Assembly (NCBI GenBank): GCA_040954595.2
Contig: CM082584.2
Location: 13,199,337-13,263,336 of the forward strand
Length of the DNA: 64,000 nucleotides
Origin: Balanoglossus misakiensis
Taxonomy: Eukaryota; Animalia; Hemichordata
Direction: 5' to 3'
Below the pieces are notes generated by a model that made no database searches, was not told the DNA's origin, and saw nothing but the letters and a program-made list of their open reading frames with translations. Made by a program: the position numbers and the translations under genes. This document shows positions 54,517 through 64,000 of the stretch, piece by piece. Within the stretch, counting starts at the first letter, position 1. Every line of letters begins with the position of its first letter.

Positions 54517-57500
54517 ATGAAAGTCGCGGTTGGGCTACTGTGTGCAACACTGCTGCTGGTGTTTGTTCTGGACATCGCTGAGGCTCACGTTAGAATAACA
54601 TTTCCACCAGCACGGGAGTACGATTTCGACTTTCTGGACAATATTCGCACCCAAGGCCCATGTGGTATGCGCTCCAGCTCAGGTAGGTTTCTCCTTTCAC
54701 GTGTTCAATTCAGATAACTGTGAAAGGTTCCAATCAACGTTGTTTGCAATATTCAACACCCTCGATTTTTCCACCAGTTCAGGCCACTCCCTTCAATAAT
54801 TTCTAGTGCGCAATGCTTTCATTTTTACCAATATTATTAGGTTTTTATAAAAGAATCTAAACTTTTGCAATATGGATTTTTCTCTCCTTCAGCTGGACCT
54901 CTGACAGTGCTGAAGACAGGCCAATCTCTCAATGTCACTTGGCATTTGGCATATGCTCATCGGGTAGGTAACAGATCATTTAGCTGTGTTCTGACATCCA
55001 ACTGTGGAGACTGTGTCATTGATGATGACTTGTAACACAATCTCTGCACCGGAGTTTCTGTCAGGCAGTCAACTCACTGATAGGTGACTTTGTTTTTTAG
55101 GAAGTTCTTTTCTCCAAAACAACATGTGCCAGCATGTTTGCAGTTTGGCAAATGTTTTTTTTTTTTTTTTTGCCATGTGACTTCCTTATACTTATTGGTT
55201 TCAGTGAAGTCGTGATCACTTAAAACTTAAATACTGGGTGTGTGCTTTGTTTGTTCAGGTCAAAATGTCAGCTTTTGTACAGATGTACATTTCCTGGTTG
55301 ACTCGCAAGTCAGATTCTAAGCTTCATTAGTTTTCTTTCAGGAAAAATGAACTCTATCTGTTGGCCAGAGTATCTTCACCATAAATTGTTTGAGGAAGCT
55401 CTTGCCTACAAAGATTCAGTGTTTTCAAAAACCTATTTTTCTTGATTGACTTTTTTGGGACATTACTTAATAGATAATCATTTAAAGTGAAAGTGTGACA
55501 TGTCAGTGGAAATTGCACCCATTATCAAAGATTTCTTACATTAATTATGAAATAGCATGATAAAAGGAATTATTGGAACCACGTTTATTGGAAAACATGC
55601 TTCTTTGAGGACCATGGCGTTACAAAGCCTATAATCCTGTAATTGCTTGGCAGGAAACAGTTTTAATCCTGACAAATGCTAAGTCATCTTGATGGCGTCT
55701 TATCCCTGAGTCATTAGTCTGTGCACAGATCTGGTATGAGCCATAAACTGAACAGTAAAATGTTTGTTTGGTGTATTGATGGATAGCAATTCCAGATGTG
55801 ATTGAAGTAGTGAGTCAGCACATTTCCTAGGAGTTAGACAAGAAATGGAAATGACCTAAAATACTGTCAATTAAGAGACTGTCTTTTCCCCATAAGATAT
55901 TTTTGTTCACATATAGATGTGTCCAACCCGGCCATTGAATGGATAGACTTGAACCTCTTTGGGGCATTGGAAGGATTTCAAACATGACTTGACGGATTCT
56001 TTTGACTTGCCTGCATGATTACACACGCATTGTTCTGTTGTAAAAAGGCGTCTGTGAATGACCCACAACAGTGAAATGGGGACAGTTCCAGGTGATACCA
56101 CTTGTATGGTTCGCTTAGAAATATACCCATATAAACAAGAATATGTTGTGATTCAGATATGTAAATTAGTGGCAGAGGCTCCCTGTGGATTGTATGCCAT
56201 CAACAATTTATGTTGTGAACTGAATATGCAAGTGTATCACCGTGGCCTCGTTGTTGGGGTTAAAGGTCAATGGCACCCAGGTACTTCAAAACAAATAGGG
56301 TGACTGTACAAGTACAATAATACACCAGCACAAATATGTTTTAAAAATTGGAGAATATGAGAGAAATGATCAAACTATTATTTAATGCAATAAAATAAAA
56401 TCGAAATTCATCAATGGGAGTGTCAAATGTAATGTTAATATAGGTGATATTTTAAGCCCATAATATTAATTGATCAATCAATATGACAATCCCATTAAAC
56501 AGATAACAGCATATGCAAACTGAGATAATTGTATAGTTTTAATTATTACGTGTTTGTGTAATTTGTTAGGGTGGAGTTCTGATCGACATCTTGAATGAAA
56601 ATGAAGAAGTGGTTTACAACTTGACAGATTCTGATATGGATAACTTTGTTCATCAAGATGATACAACGTAAGTAGATGTTCTTTTGGTGTTTGCAGTTTT
56701 AAAAAAAAGTTCTCTGTTTATACATGTAGCTGCTTTTACTTAACTTGCTTGACTCCCTTTAGCATGCTGAAAAATTCAATGTTTCATATTGTAATGAATG
56801 TTAAAAAACCTTTTGCAGATCACAGCAAGTGGAAGTCACTTTACCACCCACTTTTACCTGCGATCAGTGTACGCTACGGTTACTCCGACAAGCAGGAGAG
56901 TGGAGGGCCAACAGACCAGGCGGTTATCTTTTCTGGAGCTGTGCTGACATCCAAATCACAGGTATGTTTTGAAAATGGAGTGTGCATGGCGTCACAACTA
57001 TCTGAAAAGTCCTGGGAATGGATCACTTGTTAATATTTGGGAAGACCAGATTCCGAGCTAACCAATTCAACAGATAATATATATGAAGAGTTTACACAAT
57101 AATATTTTGTGTGTTTTTTTTGCCTTGCAGATGCTGCATGTGATGGAAACCAAACATGCAATGGAGTGGGAACCTGCAACAGTGAAGGCACATGTGATTG
57201 TGAGCTTGGTTACCATGGCGATTACTGTCAGTATGCAGGTAATGAGCATTTCTGCATAGCATGTGCAATTTTCATGTCTGTGAGAAGAGGGATGCATTTT
57301 AGTTTCTACTTTCTATTCTCAGATTGGCATAAGTTATGATGCAGCATTTTCTGATTCTGGAGTGATTATTATACTTAATATGTGAATTTTTACCATTTAT
57401 TTATTTATAGATGGGTGTGTGAGTAATGCTGATTGCTCAGACCACGGACAGTGTCTGGATACCATGGCAACAACTTATCCCAAAAGAGTGTGCTACTGTG

Positions 57501-60500
57501 AGGATGGCTATTTTGGTGATGACTGCTCCAAAGGTAAGTCATGTGACTGATTTTTGAACTATACACACTGGTTTTCTTAGTACCATGACAACTAATCAGT
57601 GATGATGTTTTTAATTTTATGCAGCCAATCCTGCAGGCTTCAGTGCAACAATAACGAAACGCAATTACCGTCACGCTCAGCTTGCTGACGACTTTGATAT
57701 CTATTGGAAGCTAATGACAGTGAGTATAATCTTGACTGAGATATGTTTTCTGTTGAAAGAATACTTTGATATCTGTGCAGTAAAGTATTTAAGGAATAAC
57801 TACTATGAGTGTCTGAAAGGATATAACATCGCCATCTAACAAAGTGCACGGGAAAAATATATTTTCCAGACCAGTTGGTTCACAATGACAAAACCACTCA
57901 AGTCTATCTGCCTGTTGAATATTCTCAATGTCATTTTCTAGGACCAAGATGAAATCGAAATTGCGCTTGAAGTGAGAACCACAACATGGGTGGGCATAGG
58001 CTGGCGACCAATGGGTAGGTAACTATTACAAATGTACCCCATGGACAACAATTTTGTCATCAATCATGGCCAAATAGTTGGAATTATTAAGCTTTAAATT
58101 CTGACTTCAGTTTTAGTACATCATTGATCAAAGTATATATATATTGACTTTTGTATCTGTGACTTGTAATCCAGGTTTATCCAGTTCATGCCAGAACTTT
58201 CCAATCCAATACAATGGATATCCAACAAATGAAAACAACGCAAATGGAAATAATAGGGTAAGTACTTCAGCTGTCAGTTAAACCAACTCATACTGTGCAG
58301 CCAAAAACTTGTTAAACCTGTATGGTAACGCCCTGGAACGAGCGATCTTTCAGTTTACATATACCAGTGATTGATGTGTTTTTGACCAACAGCGTCGTCG
58401 CAGTTTTGTCAGTACAACTGACTTGGTAGACAAATCTGAATGGGAAACCTTGGGCAGATTTCGCAGGGAGCAAGGTGACCCTGAGATGTATGACTGTGAT
58501 TCGGCCGTCTCAGATCCTGCAGCTGGACCAGAACCAAGCGCAGAGACCGAACCAGAACCAAGCGCAGAAACCGAACCAGAACCAACTTCAGAAACCGAAC
58601 CAGAACCAGAACCTAGTACGATGGAGAGATTTTCATACCATTTTGTCTTTTTCTATTAAAAAAAATTTGACCATGGAAACCATGCAATCACGGTTTGCTA
58701 TTTCCCAGAACAAGATGGCATATAATGTATGGTGTTGTCCATAGGTTTTTCCTGTATCATGAATATGACATTTTGATAGATGACAATTAAACCAATCATA
58801 CTCCTATCTGTGAATGCCATGAGTAAATAATTGTTTCCCTTTCTATCAGATGTAGGTCATGCTATGGATTGCACTGACATTGTAATTGGAGGTGTGAAAA
58901 TGGGAACTCTAAGTCGTATTGGCGATTTCTACACCAGGGACAGATCAACACCAAGGCTGGATGAATGGTATTCAACTGATGGCAGTGACAGTCTGGTGGC
59001 AGCAACGGGCAAAGAAGTGGATGGAGTCACAACTATTGTGTTTCGCAGAAAACTAACAGGTTTGTGTGGAAATGCTTTAGCGTCCAGAAAATAAGTCTTG
59101 ACAGGATGGAAATTATTTTTGTGGATGCTTGAAATTCTGGACGATTTTTCAACTCTGCCAGCTCTGATGATGAAAGATAAAAACAAACATTGGCAACTTA
59201 ATTTTTTTGTCACCAAACTTTAGTCCAGGGAACACGATGTACAGCGCCACCATTGTTGCAACTTTCCGTAACTTTTGTTTTCAGCATGCAAATCTTATAC
59301 ATGTATTGGGATTAAAAAAACATGTTCAACAGTTAACTTAAAGGCCAGCTTAGACTCTGAATTTGTGTTAATTTTGTCTCTTGTTCATTTAGCAACTGAA
59401 ATGACTGATCACAGCATCCGTAATTCACTGATGCACATCATCTGGGCCAGAGGTCAGGAACCGGGCAGTTATTGGCACATACCATCATCTGGTATTGAGA
59501 CCTGCATGGCAACTGATTACATGTTCTATAGAAGAGATGAGCTGAAGTACCATGGAACTTCCAACATGCAAAGAGGAGTGCGAACCATGAATTTCTATGG
59601 TGAGTGGACATAGACTTTTGCCAGAGTTTGGCATATATCACACAGTTACAAGTCTATTCCATTCATAGTGTGAAACTATAGTACCTTGGTTAACCAGTTC
59701 TGGGACAGAATTTAAGAAATTAAATGATTTTTTGCCTCACAGAGGATCCAGATGCACCAACAGCTGGGAATTGCCGGGGAGAATGGAGCACTCCTCAAGG
59801 ATGTGCCGGATCTGACTGCACTTACCGTGCCACATGGATGTACAGAGACTCGGATGACACCATGACATTTGAGATAACATCTAGGAATGGTGGGAATGGC
59901 AACTGGGTTGGGATTGGATTTTCAGATGATACAAGCATGGTAGGTCTGCGTGTTGTGTGGAATCAGACATTTTCACTTCTCTGCCTCGCCTTGTTCAAAT
60001 GTAAAGTTTTTATAAAGAACCATGGTAGGAGTAAATGAGTGCTGAGCACAGAAACATGAGAAACTATCAGTTGAATTAGTCACACATGTTGGAATTGTAT
60101 GAAAGTGTTTCTTGTCTTGTTCACAGCCTAACAGTGACATCATCGTAGGGTGGATCATTGACGGCCAATCAGAAATCACGGACAGATGGGCCACTGGAAG
60201 ATCACATCCAGCCGTTGATGCACAGAATCAACTCACCAATACAATGATAACAGAGAACAATGGGGAAACAACCTTGAAATTCACCCGAAAACGAAACACC
60301 AATGATAATCAGGTATTATAAATCACTAATTTTTAAAATAAAATTGAAGCTCCCTTAAGCCAGAAGATACAGACCCGTGGCATGTTGTAATTTTATCATT
60401 GCCATTTCTTGCAGGATATTTCCTTCAGTGATTCAGATTGCAGATACCTCTTCTATCCAATCAGTGGAGGCCCTGTAATGAACCATGACACTATGCAAAT

Positions 60501-60843
60501 TGGTTACCACACAAGCACGCCAGTCATTTCGACACGCAGAATTTGTATCTCAACATGTGATCAAGAACTTGGTATGTATCTCTTCTGATGAAATACTTTG
60601 CAACCAGTTTTTATACTCCTGATGGTAGCATGAAAAACAAGACACTACCAAACAACTTGTATATTGTGCCTGAATAATACTTACAGATGTTTTATAGTGC
60701 TGTACAGTAGGATGATTCCAGTCAGCGTCGTAGACTTAACACATTTAAAATATTTGTTTCTTTCAGCTGCTGCAATGTCCAACATGCCTTCAGTGCTGCT
60801 GATTGTCATGGCAACAGTTTTGGGCTTCTTAACAAAACAGTGA
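54517..60843 (+). CDS. Histidine-brace LPMO-like domain + 2 EGF + 2 DOMON + GPI-like signal, 738 aa, 16 exons
   Basis: Exons 54517-54682, 54893-54963, 56570-56667, 56819-56961, 57131-57238, 57411-57533, 57625-57719, 57942-58014, 58175-58257, 58393-58615, 58850-59059, 59393-59599, 59743-59939, 60127-60312, 60415-60571 and 60767-60843 sum to 2217 nt with consistent phases. DOMON motifs: WVGIG, M..TDIVIG, FRRKL, IIWARG, YH. The C-terminus is hydrophobic (VLLIVMATVLGFL). Confidence 0.88.
58527..58614 (+). repeat. Coding 24-bp tandem repeat encoding a Pro/Glu-rich linker (PEPSAETE)n
   Basis: About 3.5 units of ccagaaccaagcgcagaRaccgaa. Confidence 0.85.
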
Positions 60844-62303
60844 TGGGATGGTCTGTGTATGAACACTAATATCATATGAAAGACCCCCTTGTATTTGTAT
60901 ATTTTGCTATAAACAAGATGTGGATGTAAGTCTGCCTGTCATATATAAAAGATTGCTTAGCTGTATATAAAGAGAACATCTGTCTTAGTTTAAATTAGTA
61001 TTCAAGGTATTTCAAAATTTATTCCAGACTGTTTATCAATAGGAAAGCAGAGAATATACATGTATATACAGAGAGAGATTTTGTGGTATAATTTGTCCAT
61101 CTTTTTGTTATATTTCATAAAAATGAAATTAATTGTATATTTCCCATACAAAAATGTAGAACTGATTTCATCAACTAACTTAATTACACTTGTAGTCCTT
61201 TTTGCCACATTTCCAAATAAACATTATTCCAATATTATCCATTGTGTTTTGTTGTACATGTTACACAACTCTATATGTTAAAGATTCTTTGATGGAGGGT
61301 GGGCGGGGCTGGGGCCAAAGTTGTTGGAAATTAATCAATATGAGACCAAATGTGGCTTAAAAGTGTGTATGGTATGATATGAATATACCAACTCTGATCA
61401 AATTTGGGACAGTGTGCTTGCCGCTTTATTTGCCATATATAAATAGATCAAAATTTAACTACCATGATTCTACTGTCTGTTTTATTGAATTGTCAGAAAG
61501 GTGTGAAAAACTTTTTCGGTTGTCAATGGATTTGCGCCCTCCATAGTAGGACGGATGAAGTACATGTAGTTATATGACAGATTACCTGTCTTCTGTATAT
61601 CGCTTAGATTTCATACCAATGGCCGAGATAACAATGCAGTATAATATAATGTTTAATCATATCGCGGCTACGTGGCAACCCCAGTGTAATACTGATAGCA
61701 AGAGTGGACAGGGGAACGTCGTCATATATTTTTTCAATCCGGGTCTCATCTTAGCCACGTCAATAAAAAGCCCCATGGTTGCAAAATATTTGTTAGTTCA
61801 GATTGCCAAGGCAGATATTCCAGTATTTTCTTCAACGAACATTCCCATCTCTGCGTAGAGTTACAGCCACTTTTCTTGAGAATGTTCGCGCTGTTTCACA
61901 TTTATTTTAGAAGTGTGTGTAGTATAGGGTTGATCCCCCGGAATAAATTGCGGCGTCCGTGGAAAGTGACTACAGCGCGCTCACCATATGTTACGAACAT
62001 ATCCACACATACTGCATGTCCTGATTGACTTGTTCCCAACAGCTGGTGTCTGTGTTGAGCCTAACTGTTTACACCTTCGAAAGAATAGCATAATTAGCGG
62101 CCGCATGTGGGTGTCTCCTACGCAAGGGCGACTCGGTAAGGAAGGGCGCTCGCTCGCAAAAGAGTGAAGGCGACAAGACGAGCGCTTCCGGGTGGAAGAT
62201 ACATGATGCGTCTGGCCGCGTCTTGACTGAAATCGACAACGTACGACGCAGTTGCGTGTTTCTGCTACAAACACAGGTAATTTCTGACAACAGGGCAAAT
62301 ACA

Positions 62304-63368
62304 ATGGAGCTTCTTCCTCTTCAAATCATTTTCATGGCTGCCATTTTCTCCGGCACACTTATATGCGGCTTGATACCGATGAAAATCATTCCCAGGCCGG
62401 GGGACAACAAAAAACCGCTGACCGAACGCTCGCGTCGCATCCTTGCCATATGCAACTGTTTTTCCGGAGGCGTTTTCTTGGGAACATGTTTTCTAGGCGT
62501 CATACCCGCAGCAGAGGAGAAGCTCGAGGCCATGCTGCTGGAAAAAGACATGCAAACTAGCTACCCACTGAACGAGCTCATCGTCATGATTGGGTTTGTC
62601 TTTATTCTCTTCCTTGAGCAAACCGTGTTGACGATCCAGAAAAACGTTTGCGGAGGCAGCGATGGAGACAACCAAACCATAGAATCTTACTTGGAGCTGA
62701 GTGATACTAGCAGTCGGGCTATGCTTATCGCAGATTCCACTGATGAGGAGGAAATTGTCAGTAACTATGGTAACACAGTTGATGGAAAAACTGCAGTTAA
62801 AAAGGGAAACAGGGATGCCAATCTTCATGATCATCATCATCATCATCACCATCATGATCACGGACATGATCATGCCAGTCATGGTGATTTCGGACATAGT
62901 CACATACACCTAGATGGTTCCAACACACTTCGATCTGTGATACTCTTGCTTGCCCTGTCGTTTCACTCTTTTCTGGAAGGGATGGCATTCGGACTGCAAG
63001 ATGATGTTCCCAGGACTATCAACCTCTTCATTGGAATCATTGTCCATGAATGCCTGGCATCATTTGCGTTTGCTGTCAGCCTCGTAGGAGCATCACAGTC
63101 TAAACGTTCAACCATCTTATATGTACTGCTCTTCAGCATAATGATCCCAGTTGGAATGATCATCGGTCTGACTCTACAGACGTCACCCAGCCCAAACGCA
63201 CAATTGGCATCAGCTATCCTTCAGAGTTTTGCTGCAGGAACTTTTATACATGTGACTTTCTTTGAAATTCTTGCTGATGAGTTTGAGGTGGATTCTGACA
63301 GAATTATAAAAGTGCTCTTTTTGACATTGGGTCTTGGTGTGCTTGCTGCGCTACAGCTTATAGACTGA
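62304..63368 (+). CDS. ZIP family (SLC39A1/2/3-like, subfamily II) zinc transporter, intronless CDS
   Basis: CNCFSGGVFLGTCFL, YPLNELIVMIGF, His-rich loop HDHHHHHHHHDHGHDH, TM4 ALSFHSFLEG, TM5 IIVHE (ZIP3-like), LQSFAAGTFIHVTFFEIL. Confidence 0.95.
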   Translation: MELLPLQIIFMAAIFSGTLICGLIPMKIIPRPGDNKKPLTERSRRILAICNCFSGGVFLGTCFLGVIPAAEEKLEAMLLEKDMQTSYPLNELIVMIGFVFILFLEQTVLTIQKNVCGGSDGDNQTIESYLELSDTSSRAMLIADSTDEEEIVSNYGNTVDGKTAVKKGNRDANLHDHHHHHHHHDHGHDHASHGDFGHSHIHLDGSNTLRSVILLLALSFHSFLEGMAFGLQDDVPRTINLFIGIIVHECLASFAFAVSLVGASQSKRSTILYVLLFSIMIPVGMIIGLTLQTSPSPNAQLASAILQSFAAGTFIHVTFFEILADEFEVDSDRIIKVLFLTLGLGVLAALQLID

Positions 63369-64000
63369 TTGTTGAAAAAAAATGGATACAGCAATCAAAT
63401 TTACAATTTGATATGGTACATTTTTATTTACCAAGGTCATCAACTGTAGCTAAGATCAATTTTCACATCTCTGTACATCCGATTTTAATTTGATCGGGGC
63501 TGGCACAATATTTTTATTGGGAATATGGTGCTGCTGCTAGGAGATTGGTGATGACAAAATAATCTGTCTGGTTAGTGTGAGGGTTAACTTATTCAGTCAT
63601 GGTGGATATTTTCCTAAGTGTACACTTATACCAGTAACTGCAAAGTTACTTTAATAACAGCACCCACAAGGCAGAACAGTGTACTTTTGAATATTTTATT
63701 ATTTTATCCTGGTACTTCACTGGCCTAAAATTGGAACATGCCATAAACTTATGAAATGTAATATCACGTTTTGTCTTAAAGCCCACAGGGCATTATTGGT
63801 AACAGTGAAATTGTCTCTCCTCACTGAAGAAGACGAGTACTTTAATGTAAAATTTACCCACTAGATATTCATGTTGACTCTTATTTGTTCTTCATGGACC
63901 ACTATAATATAACTGTGTATCAGCTTTGCAATATGTTTCTTGCTATTATAGACATTTAACAACTGTAGAAACTATGGGGTGTTGTACACCTTTCAATTCT

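Noticed and set aside
61533-61539. Single MRE-like TGCGCCC upstream of the ZIP gene
   Set aside because: One 7-mer about 770 bp upstream is expected by chance.
62223-62303. N-terminal extension of the ZIP ORF from a TTG start
   Set aside because: The ATG at 62304 directly precedes TM1, so the upstream part is probably 5'UTR.

Overview
Intron-rich eukaryotic genomic DNA, most likely from a marine invertebrate deuterostome such as a hemichordate or echinoderm (inferred from gene content only). I assembled the exons by hand from splice signals and reading phase. Genes in order: (1) minus, a large extracellular mosaic protein (signal peptide, CUB, C-type lectin, FN3, 11 EGF, Thr-rich mucin) that runs off the left edge; (2) minus, EEF1D with a 5'TOP first exon, whose second intron holds two ZCCHC24-like 3CxxC zinc-finger exons in the same orientation and phase; (3) minus, ECM29/ECPAS, with an antisense nested gene encoding a secreted coiled-coil + EAR/EPTP propeller protein; (4) plus, mucolipin, head-to-head with ECM29; (5) plus, a CUB-LDLa-TM protein with an apparently exact 861-bp tandem duplication of its 3' half; (6) minus, a type I membrane C-type lectin; (7) plus, a 738-aa protein with a signal peptide, an N-terminal histidine-brace LPMO-like domain, 2 EGF, 2 heme-type DOMON domains and a GPI-like tail; (8) plus, an intronless ZIP zinc transporter. 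The strongest candidate for an undescribed system is gene 7, which may combine a copper monooxygenase module and its own cytochrome-like electron donors on the cell surface. The EEF1D/zinc-finger chimera is second.
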